Shown piece by piece: positions 14,421-24,382 of a stretch of DNA of 64,000 nt. Numbering within the stretch: the first letter of the stretch is position 1; the number at the start of each line of letters is the position of its first letter. The stretch is from Candidatus Wirthbacteria bacterium (GTDB lineage Bacteria; Patescibacteriota; CG2-30-54-11): positions 9,376-73,375 of the forward strand of contig CAISZI010000005.1 in NCBI GenBank assembly GCA_903889905.1, given 5' to 3'. Made by a program: the position numbers and the translations under genes. The notes beneath the pieces are model-generated. The model ran no database searches. It was not told the DNA's origin and saw only the letters and a list, made by a program, of their open reading frames with translations.

Positions 14421-15836
14421 ATGACAACCACAAACAAAATCAAAATTTTTGTTATTTTTAGTCTGCTCTGGTGCGGTTTGTCGTGGCGGACTGCGCATGC
14501 TGCGGAGTTTAGGTCGTTGGCGCTTGATCATTATTCCTTGCCCCAAACCAGCGAGGGTGCGTATCAAACGTTCATTGGCGCCAACATCGATGTTAGCGTC
14601 ACCAGCGCCACCGACATGAAGGGCAAAAATGCGAGTGTTGACAGCAATCAAGCCGGGTTTCAACTGGAGAGTGGCGAGATCTATACGGCCACGCTGACCA
14701 TGCCCATTAAACCTGGCTCTTACGAAATCAATATCCAGGGTGAAGGAATCGTGTTGGCCAAAGTGATTCTGCGCGATTTGCCGGTGGTCGTTGATCCGAC
14801 CGGCCATCCGGCCTATGGTGGCCGTGTTACGCTGCAGTTCAAGGATCCCAACGGATTGTGGCAGATCTGGGATAGCCCCAGCCGTAAGCAAAACAATCCC
14901 ATTCACCTCGGGTATACTGGTCAATATGGCTTTTATGTGGACAAGGGGGATTATCGGCTTCTGATTGAAAGTTCGGGAGCAGAGGCCTATTACACTGACC
15001 CGATTGAAGTTAGCTCCCTTACCGTGCTCTCCCAAGGGGCAACACTGAGTTACGCCAAACAAACGCCGGATGTACAACAGGACTCAACCGTAGTCACCCT
15101 GGTGAATTTAATTATCGACAGAATTGCCGAACTGCAGAAAGATCTTAAAATTTCTGAGCTCACTCGCAACGCTATTTTGCCATTTTCCTGGCTTGTATTT
15201 TTGATTACCTTGCTGGGATTTTTAGTTTCAATTCTGGCGCAGTTTGGACTTTCTCTGTCGCTTTTGCCCAGCCTGCCAATGCTGCTCATGCATGGCGGCC
15301 TGAATATTTTTGGGGGCAAGAAGAATTTGATCCAGTGGGGGATTGTCTCGGAACTGCAATCTGGTTTTGCCATTCCTTTGGCAACGATCATGCTGTTTCA
15401 CGAAGACGATCATCGTCTGCTTTCCATCACCGTTTCTTCTATGGATGGCACTTATGGTTTCAAGGCCAAAGAAGGTAAATTCTCAGTGTTTGTCAGCAAA
15501 AGAAATTATCAGTTCCCGGCTGACGCTGCCGGACTTTACCGGGGGCAACCTTTTATGTATGCAAGTGAAAATCCCGTCATGACAAACCTGGTAATGCATC
15601 GCATCAAGCCGTTTGAGGAAGAGCGGGCAAGCGTACTTGCTGTTGGTAGTAAAATGGTTGGTTTGGTCAAGGAAGTTGTCTTAATTATTGGTCTGTTGAT
15701 GAGCCTCTGGGGCGCTGTCATTCTTCCCGGTGTGCCAACAGTAACCCTGGTGATTATTTATTTTTTCCTGATCATGGCGCGTATTCGTAACCACCGTCGT
15801 GTCAGTGAAGCTAAGATGATTGAGAGGGGAGCTTAA
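14421..15836 (+). CDS. secreted/membrane protein (signal peptide, two extracytoplasmic beta domains, several TM helices)
   Basis: 471 aa with the signal peptide MTTTNKIKIFVIFSLLWCGLSWRTAHA. It has internal and C-terminal hydrophobic helices and a carboxypeptidase-regulatory-like segment (GTYGFKAKEGKFSVFVSKRNY). It ends 3 nt before the histidine kinase. Confidence 0.75.
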   Translation: MTTTNKIKIFVIFSLLWCGLSWRTAHAAEFRSLALDHYSLPQTSEGAYQTFIGANIDVSVTSATDMKGKNASVDSNQAGFQLESGEIYTATLTMPIKPGSYEINIQGEGIVLAKVILRDLPVVVDPTGHPAYGGRVTLQFKDPNGLWQIWDSPSRKQNNPIHLGYTGQYGFYVDKGDYRLLIESSGAEAYYTDPIEVSSLTVLSQGATLSYAKQTPDVQQDSTVVTLVNLIIDRIAELQKDLKISELTRNAILPFSWLVFLITLLGFLVSILAQFGLSLSLLPSLPMLLMHGGLNIFGGKKNLIQWGIVSELQSGFAIPLATIMLFHEDDHRLLSITVSSMDGTYGFKAKEGKFSVFVSKRNYQFPADAAGLYRGQPFMYASENPVMTNLVMHRIKPFEEERASVLAVGSKMVGLVKEVVLIIGLLMSLWGAVILPGVPTVTLVIIYFFLIMARIRNHRRVSEAKMIERGA

Positions 15837-15838
15837 GC

Positions 15839-17839
15839 ATGAACCGCAAAATCACTTTTTTGTATCTTCTTACTTTGGTCGCTGCTGGTATTTCGGCGTT
15901 TTTGGTGCTGAGCTATTTTGTCGATTGGCGGCCACGGTATTATCTGGGCATCAGTGTGCTTCCGTCGTTGGCAGTATTGCTGATGGTGGCCATGCGGCCA
16001 AGTGAAAAAATGGTTGATTTTGAAGCCAAAGGCAGTTATGTGGTCAGAACGACCCTGTTTAGGATACTACCTTTTGTTGCGGGTATTCTGTCGGTCGGCA
16101 TTGTCGTCGCAGCTCACCTCATGGCACAGATTCAAAAAGATCTCTGGATCAACGCCTGGCCACTTTTGGTCATCGTCAGTATCGTTTTCGTTGCGACACA
16201 AGCCCTGATCGAGACGGAACTGCTGACCTCGGCCAAAGATGCCGCGTTGTCGCAGTTGACCAGTCAGATTGGTGTGGTCAAAGAGCAGGAATCGACGCTG
16301 CTGGAGCAAATTGTCAACGGCGTGATGGTTATTGATGGTGAAGGTGTTGTGACCATGATCAATCCAGCGGCAGAAAAAATCCTGGAAATTGAATCCAGCA
16401 AAGCCACCAAAGCTCTTTTTGAAACCTTGCTCAAACCCGTTGCGGCATCGCCTGACATTGCCATGAAAGAGTTTCACCAGCAGCTACTGGCAATGCGCGA
16501 GCCTTATGTTTTTGAGCAGAAAGCGATCACGAACAGTGCCGGCAAAGATAGAACCCTCAGCCTGACCGTGACGCCCATTTTGGATAACGAAAAACAGGTA
16601 GTTAAATTCATCCTGCTTTTTCAGGACATCACAGACCGTGCCATGTTGGAAAAAATGCGACTGGATTTCATCTCGATTGCCTCGCACGAACTGCGCACAC
16701 CACTGACCAGCATTAATGGCTACCTGTCGATGCTGCTCAATTTACCAACCATTCAGGGCGAGCCGAGGCAATACCTGGAACGAGTGACAACGTCAGTCCA
16801 TCGTTTGGCAAAACTGGTCAAAAATATTTTAAATATCACACGTATTGAACAAAATAAGCTCAAAATGACATTTAAATCCTGCAATTTATATCAGATTTGT
16901 AACGACGAACTGACCAACTTGGTGCCCATTGCCGAACAAAAACAAATCACCATTTTTGGTCTGGCGGTCAAAGATGCGGCCTGGTGTGTTACGGCCGATG
17001 AGGATATTTTGCGGGAAGTGCTGGTTAATTTTGTCAGCAATGCCATCAAGTATTCCAAAGCCATGACCGAAGTTCATGTGGCGGTCAAAGATCTGGGAAG
17101 CGGTTTGCGGGTGGAAGTGACCGACCAGGGTATTGGTATTTCAGAAAATGATATCAAAAACATGTTTAAACAATTTTACAGGGTCGACAGTGATTTGGTC
17201 CAAAATGAACAGGGGACAGGATTGGGTCTATATATTTCCAAAAAATATGTGGAAAATATGGGAGGCCAGATTGGTGTCGAAAGTCAACTGGGGAGTGGTA
17301 GTACTTTTTATTTTGTTTTGCCCAAAGCAGCCAGCGAACAACCCAAAGTTGCTGCTTCTCCGGTCGTAATCATGCCTGCAGCGCCACCAGTTCCGCCGGC
17401 TGCTCCCATTGTTCCGGTTCCATTTGCCCTACCCGTGCAACCGGATGTTGTCGCGCCAATCGCTGCGCCGGTGATCCCTGTCACTGCCGCACTGCCAGCG
17501 CTCCAGAATGTTCAGTCCTCTGTTGCCTTGCCAGAACCACTGCTGCTACCCGTAACGATCCTCGCACCTTTGTCACCTCCGCCATCTGCTGCCGTCATCC
17601 CTGCCAGCGTGACGACGATTACGGCGCTAGACTTTGCTGCGCAACCGGCAGTTGTTTCACCGCCCCCGATGATGTCTCCCACTGTTCCAACTCCGGTTGC
17701 GCCGACTTTGATCGCAGCGCCCGTTGTTGTCCCTGCTGCTGTAACTGTAATCATTCCGGCTGCTGCGCCATTTGTCCCAAGCAGCGTTGCATCACCACCC
17801 ACAGCTGCGCCCATGCCACCGCCTCCTGTCTTGACTTAG
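15839..17839 (+). CDS. sensor histidine kinase (TM-PAS-HisKA-HATPase) with ~175-aa Pro/Ala/Val-rich C-terminal tail
   Basis: N-terminal TM helices and a PAS-like region. The H-box is ASHELRTPLTSINGY and the G-box is GTGLGLYISKKYVENMGGQIGVESQLGSGSTFYFVLP. No response regulator is adjacent. Confidence 0.9.
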   Translation: MNRKITFLYLLTLVAAGISAFLVLSYFVDWRPRYYLGISVLPSLAVLLMVAMRPSEKMVDFEAKGSYVVRTTLFRILPFVAGILSVGIVVAAHLMAQIQKDLWINAWPLLVIVSIVFVATQALIETELLTSAKDAALSQLTSQIGVVKEQESTLLEQIVNGVMVIDGEGVVTMINPAAEKILEIESSKATKALFETLLKPVAASPDIAMKEFHQQLLAMREPYVFEQKAITNSAGKDRTLSLTVTPILDNEKQVVKFILLFQDITDRAMLEKMRLDFISIASHELRTPLTSINGYLSMLLNLPTIQGEPRQYLERVTTSVHRLAKLVKNILNITRIEQNKLKMTFKSCNLYQICNDELTNLVPIAEQKQITIFGLAVKDAAWCVTADEDILREVLVNFVSNAIKYSKAMTEVHVAVKDLGSGLRVEVTDQGIGISENDIKNMFKQFYRVDSDLVQNEQGTGLGLYISKKYVENMGGQIGVESQLGSGSTFYFVLPKAASEQPKVAASPVVIMPAAPPVPPAAPIVPVPFALPVQPDVVAPIAAPVIPVTAALPALQNVQSSVALPEPLLLPVTILAPLSPPPSAAVIPASVTTITALDFAAQPAVVSPPPMMSPTVPTPVAPTLIAAPVVVPAAVTVIIPAAAPFVPSSVASPPTAAPMPPPPVLT

Positions 17840-17849
17840 CGCCAAATCC

Positions 17850-18030
17850 CGGTACAATCTGATTATAGCGAGCCGGGAAATGGTGCAAGCCTGGTAAATG
17901 TTTTGGCATTACAATCGAAGTGTGAATTGAGAGTATCCCGACCTAACAGCGGGATGAATCAGGGTGGAACCGCGGGGAAATCAACGCCTCGTCCCTTGGA
18001 CTTAAAGTCCATGGACGAGTTTTTTTATTA
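17850..18030 (+). ncRNA. T-box riboswitch leader (glycine-type, short glyQS-class) with terminator
   Basis: Conserved T-box sequence aatcAGGGTGGaACCGCGgg at ~17957-17976. The intrinsic terminator ctcgtcc...ggacgag plus T7 lies at 17988-18027, just upstream of glyQS. Confidence 0.75.
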
Positions 18031-18044
18031 TCAAAGGGGAGACG

Positions 18045-19400
18045 ATGGCCGATGACAAAATGGACAAGATTGTTTCACTCGCCAAGCGCCGCGGTTTTAT
18101 TTTTGCTGATTCTGAAATATATGGTGGCTTGAATGGTTTTTGGGATTTTGGTCCACTTGGTGTGGAACTCAAGAACAACATCAAAAAAGCCTGGTGGAAA
18201 GCCATCGTGCAATCCCGTGACGATGTGGCTGGCATCGACAGCTCGATCATTCACAATCCACGGACTTGGGAAGCGAGTGGCCATATTAGCAATTTCAGCG
18301 ATCCCATGGTCGACTGTCATGTCTGCAAACAGCGCTTTCGTGCTGATCATCTGGCCGAAGAGCAGGGGATTGAAGTCAGCGAGATTCTGATCAAAGGCAA
18401 ATGCCCAACTTGTGGTTCCAAGGATTTTACCGCACCCAAAGCCTTCAACCTGATGTTTCAGACGCACGTAGGACCGGTTGCTGATGACGCCTCGGTGGCG
18501 TATTTGCGGCCCGAAACCTGCCAGGGGATTTTTATCAATTTTGACAATGTTCGCCAAAGCGCGCGGCTAAAATTACCGTTTGGGATTGCCCAGATCGGTA
18601 AAGCGTTCCGCAACGAAGTCAACCCGCGCAATTTCATCTTCCGCTCGCGCGAGTTTGAACAAATGGAGCTGGAATGGTTTTGTGAGCCGCCCCAGTTTGC
18701 CAGCAGCAAAAAACCCGATGAATGGCACGCATACTGGAAAGAAGAACGGATGAACTGGCACCTTGCGATGGGACTGAAAAAGGAAAATGTTCGTTTCCGC
18801 GACCACGAGAAAAAGGAACTGGCGCATTACGCCGCTGCTGCCACGGATGTAGAATACAACTTTCCCTTTGGTTTCAAGGAGCTCGAAGGCATTGCCAATC
18901 GTACTGATTTTGACCTCAAGCAACACAGCGAGTTCAGCGGCAAAGACATGCGTTACTTTGATGAACAGGCCAAGGAAAAGTATTTCCCTTATGTCATCGA
19001 ACCGTCGCTTGGGGTAGATCGTATGCTGCTGGCGCTGCTTTGTGACGCCTACGCCGAAGACGAAGATGGTGGTGAGAGTCGTGTCGTGCTTCGCTTTGCA
19101 CCCCAAGTCGCACCTGTGAAAGCGGCCATTTTCCCGCTCATCAAGAAGCCGGAATTGATGGCGATCAGTGAACAAATCACTCAAAGTCTGAAGCAGGACA
19201 TGGTCGTTTTTTACGACGAAACCGGTTCCATCGGTCGCCGCTACCGTCGCATGGACGAAGCCGGTACGCCCTATTGCATCACCGTGGATTTTGACACCCT
19301 CGACGACCAGGCCGTGACTATTCGTGACCGGGATAGCCTGAAGCAGGAACGGATCAAGATTGAGGAAGTGAAAGCATATCTGTTGGAAAAGACCAGATAA
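18045..19400 (+). CDS. glyQS: glycine--tRNA ligase (alpha2 dimeric GlyRS)
   Basis: 451 aa. The N-terminus (RRGFIFADSEIYGGLNGFWDFGPLGVELKNNIK) and overall class-II GlyRS conservation support the call. Confidence 0.93.
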   Translation: MADDKMDKIVSLAKRRGFIFADSEIYGGLNGFWDFGPLGVELKNNIKKAWWKAIVQSRDDVAGIDSSIIHNPRTWEASGHISNFSDPMVDCHVCKQRFRADHLAEEQGIEVSEILIKGKCPTCGSKDFTAPKAFNLMFQTHVGPVADDASVAYLRPETCQGIFINFDNVRQSARLKLPFGIAQIGKAFRNEVNPRNFIFRSREFEQMELEWFCEPPQFASSKKPDEWHAYWKEERMNWHLAMGLKKENVRFRDHEKKELAHYAAAATDVEYNFPFGFKELEGIANRTDFDLKQHSEFSGKDMRYFDEQAKEKYFPYVIEPSLGVDRMLLALLCDAYAEDEDGGESRVVLRFAPQVAPVKAAIFPLIKKPELMAISEQITQSLKQDMVVFYDETGSIGRRYRRMDEAGTPYCITVDFDTLDDQAVTIRDRDSLKQERIKIEEVKAYLLEKTR

Positions 19401-19684
19401 GTACCGAAGTCATTCTGAGTGCAGCGACTTGTCCTCCGAAGCCAGGCGAAGGAGGAAGAATCCTTACTACGCTGTGAATTATGGCGTTGGGTCAACTTCG
19501 AATTACTTCGTCTGCAGTAAGGATGCTTCACTCCGGAAGCCGCCGTTTCGCATGACAACCATTGTGGCCCAGATTAACTGGAATATTGATCGTGGGTATC
19601 AAGACATTGCCACAATTGCGCAATGGGCGCATTTCAGCTAGCATAGGTATACCTTATTTGACTTGTTAAATTTGATCGGGAATT

Positions 19685-21064
19685 ATGCCAACTTTACCTG
19701 TTGTCGCCATTGTTGGACGCCCCAACGTTGGCAAATCGAGCCTGTTCAATCGCCTCATTGGTCACCGCCGCGCTGTGGTTGAAGATTTCCCTGGCACCAC
19801 TCGTGATCGGCTTTATGGCACATGTGAATGGAACGCGCGTGAATTCTTCCTCGTGGACACAGGCGGTATCGCCAAAGTGGACAAAAACAATCCAATCGAA
19901 ATCGGTCTGGCCAACCAGATCAAAGCCGCGATCCAGGAAGCTGATATCCTGCTGTTTGTCGCCGATGGCCAGTCGCCGATCACTTTTGAGGACGATGAAG
20001 CCCTGCGCCTGGTGCGCCGTACCAAAAAACCCGTCATCTTTACCCTCAACAAAATCGACGGGACGACCTTTGAAATCAACAAAACCAATTTCTACGAGAT
20101 GGGACTGGGTGAACCCATCACTATTTCGGCCATCCAGGGCCGAGGCACTGGTGATTTGCTCGACAAAATTGTCAATCTGTTACCCGCCAAGGTGGAACAA
20201 CCGGTCGTCGTCTCAGACAAAGAAGCAACGCCCCCCATCCGTATTGCCATTATTGGCCGTCCCAACGTGGGAAAGTCTACCTTGATCAATCAACTGCTCA
20301 AATCCGAACGTGTGATTGTCAGCAGCACACCGGGCACAACTCGTGACACCATTGACGTGGACATGGATTTTCAGGGTCGTAAATTGACCTTGATCGATAC
20401 CGCTGGTATCAGAAAACGTGGCAAAATTGACGTCGGCATTGAGCATTATTCTGTCCTGCGTGCCATGCAGGCGATTGCCCGTTGCGATGTGGTATTTGCC
20501 CTGTTTGATCCGGATGAAGGAATCACGAGTCAGGATTTGCATGTGTTGGGATATGCCCTGGACGAGTACAAAAGTATCGTCATGGTGGCCAATAAATGGG
20601 ATTTGATGAAAGACAAAGCGGAAACTATTGGCGTGGCTCGGGACCGCTTTATTGCCACTTACGAACGTGCCGTGCGCGATGAACTCAAATTCATGAGCTT
20701 TGCGCCGTTTGTAACGATTTCGGCGTTGCACGATGTGCGCGTTGGTAATTTGCTGGAAATGGCGACACACCTGTATGATCAACGCTTTATCCGACTGGGT
20801 CACAAGCAGCTCAAGACAATCCTGCAACCCGTGATCACGACCAATCCTGCCCCCAGCAAACGTGGCGTTTCACTTTACGTTTATGACTACAAGCAGATCG
20901 ATGTCAGCCCGCCCACTTTTGAATTCGAAGTCAATGATAAGGAACTGTTCCATTTCTCCTACCAGCGCAGCCTGATCAATGCGATTCGTAAGGTTTATCC
21001 CTTTACTGGTTCACCGATCAAAGTCCTTTGCCGTAATCGTCCCAAAAAAGTGAGGACATCATGA
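19685..21064 (+). CDS. der: ribosome-associated GTPase Der (EngA), tandem GTPase domains + KH
   Basis: Two G-domains (GRPNVGKSSLFN and GRPNVGKSTLIN). Confidence 0.95.
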   Translation: MPTLPVVAIVGRPNVGKSSLFNRLIGHRRAVVEDFPGTTRDRLYGTCEWNAREFFLVDTGGIAKVDKNNPIEIGLANQIKAAIQEADILLFVADGQSPITFEDDEALRLVRRTKKPVIFTLNKIDGTTFEINKTNFYEMGLGEPITISAIQGRGTGDLLDKIVNLLPAKVEQPVVVSDKEATPPIRIAIIGRPNVGKSTLINQLLKSERVIVSSTPGTTRDTIDVDMDFQGRKLTLIDTAGIRKRGKIDVGIEHYSVLRAMQAIARCDVVFALFDPDEGITSQDLHVLGYALDEYKSIVMVANKWDLMKDKAETIGVARDRFIATYERAVRDELKFMSFAPFVTISALHDVRVGNLLEMATHLYDQRFIRLGHKQLKTILQPVITTNPAPSKRGVSLYVYDYKQIDVSPPTFEFEVNDKELFHFSYQRSLINAIRKVYPFTGSPIKVLCRNRPKKVRTS

Positions 21065-22521
21065 CCGACATCCGTGTTCGTATGGCGCCCAGTCCGACCG
21101 GCCTGTTTCATATTGGCAGCGCGCGTACCACACTGTTTAATTACCTCTATGCCAAACGTTATGGGGGCAAATTTATCCTGCGCATCGAAGACACTGACCA
21201 GGCGCGATCCACCCGGGAATTCGAACAAGACATCATCGCTGGCATCCAATGGTTGGGGCTGGATTTTGACGAGGGACCAGGTAAAAGCGGTGAGTTTGGG
21301 CCTTATTACCAAATGCAACGGTTGGACCTCTACCAGCAGACAGCCCAGGAAATGCTGGACAAGAAACTGGCTTATCGTTGTTATTGCACCGCCGCTGAGC
21401 TTGAAGCCGAACGCGAACAGCAACGCCAAAACAAGCAGCCGCCCAAATACAGTGGCAAGTGCCGTCATTTAAGTGCTGCGCAGATTGCTGACTATGAGGC
21501 GGATGGTCGCAGTAGCGTGGTGCGTTTCAGTATGCCGGAGAAAGTTGTCGCGTTCGTTGACCTGATCAAGGGTGAAATCAAAGTGGACATCGGACTTTCG
21601 GGTGATTTGGTCATTCTCAAAACAGATGGCGTGGCGACCTACAATTTTGCCAATGTCGTCGACGATCACTTGATGCGAATCAGCCATGTCATCCGTGGGG
21701 AGGACCACATTTCCAATACACCCAAGCAAATCGTTATGTACGAGGCAATGGGGTGGGAAATACCGCAGTTCGCTCATATTCCGCTCATCCTCAACCAGGA
21801 TCGTTCCAAAATGAGCAAACGTAGCGGCCCAACCTCGGTCACTTCATATCGCGAGGAAGGTTTCTTGCCCGAAGCGCTGGTCAATTTTTTGTCTTTGCTG
21901 GGTTGGTCACCGGGCACGGATCGCGAAATGTTCAGCCTCGCTGACCTGGAGCAAGCTTTTGATGTGACCAAAGTCCAATCCAGTCCGGCGGTTTTTAATA
22001 TGGATAAACTGCTCTGGTTCAATGGCCAGTACTTGCGCTTGCTACCGCAAGCGGACTTGATCAGCCGCTGTCGCCCATATCTGGAGCCACAACTTGGGTA
22101 TTGGAATGAAGCGGTAGAAGGCGCAATTGTGCAGATCATGCCACTCATTTTTGAACGGTTGACCAAATTACAGGATGTCTGGTCTTTGTGCGATTTCTTT
22201 TTTGCTGACAGTGTCGCTTATGATTTGGGATTGATTCAACCGGGGAATAAAACATCGATGGAGTGCCAGCAGGCAATCGAACTATTGATTAAAGAATTGT
22301 TAAATATTCAACATTGGCAGACGCCGGAGATTGAGACAGTGATGCGCGCCGCTGTTGAAACATCGGGCTGGAAAATCGGGGAGCTATTTATGCTGACCCG
22401 TATTGCCGTCACTGGCCGCAAAAATAGCCCGCCTTTGTTTGAAACCATGGCAGTTCTCGGTCAGTCAAAAGTCATTACCCGCCTGCAGGTTGCCCTCAAC
22501 AAATTTTCTCAGCCAAGCTAA
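21061..22521 (+). CDS. gltX: glutamate--tRNA ligase
   Basis: A HIGS-type motif (PSPTGLFHIGSAR) and a KMSKRSG KMSKS motif. It overlaps der as ATGA. Confidence 0.95.
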   Translation: MTDIRVRMAPSPTGLFHIGSARTTLFNYLYAKRYGGKFILRIEDTDQARSTREFEQDIIAGIQWLGLDFDEGPGKSGEFGPYYQMQRLDLYQQTAQEMLDKKLAYRCYCTAAELEAEREQQRQNKQPPKYSGKCRHLSAAQIADYEADGRSSVVRFSMPEKVVAFVDLIKGEIKVDIGLSGDLVILKTDGVATYNFANVVDDHLMRISHVIRGEDHISNTPKQIVMYEAMGWEIPQFAHIPLILNQDRSKMSKRSGPTSVTSYREEGFLPEALVNFLSLLGWSPGTDREMFSLADLEQAFDVTKVQSSPAVFNMDKLLWFNGQYLRLLPQADLISRCRPYLEPQLGYWNEAVEGAIVQIMPLIFERLTKLQDVWSLCDFFFADSVAYDLGLIQPGNKTSMECQQAIELLIKELLNIQHWQTPEIETVMRAAVETSGWKIGELFMLTRIAVTGRKNSPPLFETMAVLGQSKVITRLQVALNKFSQPS

Positions 22522-22537
22522 CCAAACCGAGCGCCGT

Positions 22538-23581
22538 ATGCCAGAGAATAGGCTTGCCAAAGCTTTAGAAAATCAGGTCATAGAGTGCCAGGCCTGTCGC
22601 TTTTTCTGCCACCTCAAACCAGGCCAAACCGGCAATTGTGGTGTACGACAAAACGTCGGTGGCAAACTCAAGTTGCTGGTTGATGGCAGGCCAATAGCAC
22701 TTCACATTGATCCAATCGAAAAGAAACCTCTATACCATTTCCTGCCTGGCAGCCAGATTCTGTCGATTGGCACCGTGGGGTGCAACTTTGGCTGCAGTTT
22801 TTGTCAGAATTGGGATATTTCGCAAGTCACACGTTTGGGTCCCAATATTAAGCATTTTCAGGGATTGGAACTTAACTTTGACCAGATTGGCGATGTGCTA
22901 ACAGCGCACCAAGCTGTGGATTTATGCCTCAAACATCATCTACCGTCGCTTGCTTTTACCTACAACGAACCGACGATTTTCACTGAATATGCCATCAAAA
23001 TAATGAAATTGGCCCGTAAATATGACATCAAGGGGGTTTATGTCAGTAATGGCTATATGACGGAAACGACACTGGATGCCCTGGATGGCTGCATTGATGC
23101 TTACAATATTGACCTCAAGGCTTTTAGCGACGCTTTTTATGCCAAGTTTTGCAAAGCCAGATTGCAGCCCGTGTTGGACTCGATCATGTCTATTTATCAA
23201 CGTGGCAAGTGGCTAGAGCTGACGACGCTGATCATCCCTGGCGAAAACGATGCCAGCGAGGAATTGCGGCAAGCGGCTATGTTCATCGCTGCTCTCAGTC
23301 CTGATATCCCCTGGCATTTAAGTGCGTTTCATCCTGACTTTGAAGTTCAGGATAAAGCCAGGACGCCGCTTAAAACGCTGCAAATGGCATATGATATCGC
23401 CAGGCATGCTGGTTTGCGTTATGTTTACCTGGGCAATGTCAGAGCGCCGCAGGGCAATTCAACGTACTGCCCAAACTGCCAGGCAGTGCTGATTAATCGC
23501 GACGCGGGTGATCTGTCATGTTTCATCCATGAAAATGTCTGTTCGGGTTGTCAAACCATAATTCCTGGAATTTGGAGCTAA
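22538..23581 (+). CDS. amrS: AmmeMemoRadiSam system radical SAM enzyme
   Basis: CNFGCSFCQNW radical-SAM cluster motif plus a C-terminal Cys-rich motif. The start was moved to the ATG at 22538, after the gltX stop. Confidence 0.85.
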   Translation: MPENRLAKALENQVIECQACRFFCHLKPGQTGNCGVRQNVGGKLKLLVDGRPIALHIDPIEKKPLYHFLPGSQILSIGTVGCNFGCSFCQNWDISQVTRLGPNIKHFQGLELNFDQIGDVLTAHQAVDLCLKHHLPSLAFTYNEPTIFTEYAIKIMKLARKYDIKGVYVSNGYMTETTLDALDGCIDAYNIDLKAFSDAFYAKFCKARLQPVLDSIMSIYQRGKWLELTTLIIPGENDASEELRQAAMFIAALSPDIPWHLSAFHPDFEVQDKARTPLKTLQMAYDIARHAGLRYVYLGNVRAPQGNSTYCPNCQAVLINRDAGDLSCFIHENVCSGCQTIIPGIWS

Positions 23582-23584
23582 CCC

Positions 23585-24382
23585 ATGTCAATACGTCAGG
23601 CCGCCGTTGCTGGTAGTTTTTATCCCAAGTCGCAGCAAGCTTTGACCAAATTGCTTGCCGAACTAATGCCTGATCGACCAGCGGCGGTTTTAACACCCAA
23701 GGCCTTGCTGGTGCCGCACGCCGGTTACATCTATTCAGGCCAAACGGCTGGACTTGGTTTTACCAGCCTCCGGCATGCCACCTTTCAGCGCGTGATTTTA
23801 CTCGGGCCTTCGCACCACTTTGGTTTTGATCAGGTGGCCTTACCCAAAGCAGACCATTGGGAAACACCTTTGGGAAAAGTACCGATCGATCGGGAGGCCG
23901 TGGCGGCATTGGCGCAACAAGTTGATTTTATTGTCTCCGACCAAATCCACGCCACAGAGCATGCACTTGAAGTTGAGCTGCCATTTTTGCAACGTGTTTT
24001 GTCCTCATTTGCTTTGGTGCCGCTTTGCCTGGGCCAAAATCTTGATCATCAGTCAATAGCGGCGTCGTTGCTGAGCATACTGGATGAACACTCGATCATT
24101 ATCGTCAGTTCCGACTTGTCGCATTACTTACCTCAGGCTGAGGCCAACCACCTGGATCAGCAAACATTGACTGCTTTTAGGAATTTAGACTCTGCCTTTG
24201 TCTACGACGGTAACGCCGCCTGTGGACTTGAAGGTGTTTTGGTCCTGCTCGAGTTGGCGCGACAGTTGAACTGGAAAGCCGATCTGCTCGATTATCGCAC
24301 CAGTTTTGACATCAGCCAGGATGACCAGCAAGTCGTTGGCTATGCTGCCATGGCGTTTTATCAGCGAAGGCCCGGAAAATGA
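23585..24382 (+). CDS. amrB: AmmeMemoRadiSam system protein B (MEMO1 family)
   Basis: MEMO-like AGSFYP and HAGYIYSG motifs, 265 aa. Confidence 0.85.
   Translation: MSIRQAAVAGSFYPKSQQALTKLLAELMPDRPAAVLTPKALLVPHAGYIYSGQTAGLGFTSLRHATFQRVILLGPSHHFGFDQVALPKADHWETPLGKVPIDREAVAALAQQVDFIVSDQIHATEHALEVELPFLQRVLSSFALVPLCLGQNLDHQSIAASLLSILDEHSIIIVSSDLSHYLPQAEANHLDQQTLTAFRNLDSAFVYDGNAACGLEGVLVLLELARQLNWKADLLDYRTSFDISQDDQQVVGYAAMAFYQRRPGK

Noticed and set aside
14358-15077. 239-aa minus-strand ORF overlapping the 5' half of the 14421..15836 gene
   Set aside because: The plus-strand ORF has a clear signal peptide and TM helices and a 3-nt junction with the histidine kinase. The minus ORF has no recognisable features and is a typical antisense shadow.
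22403-22537. N-terminal extension of the radical SAM ORF overlapping the last 119 nt of gltX
   Set aside because: The ATG at 22538, right after the gltX stop, gives a canonical AmrS N-terminus. The extension would overlap gltX in another frame.
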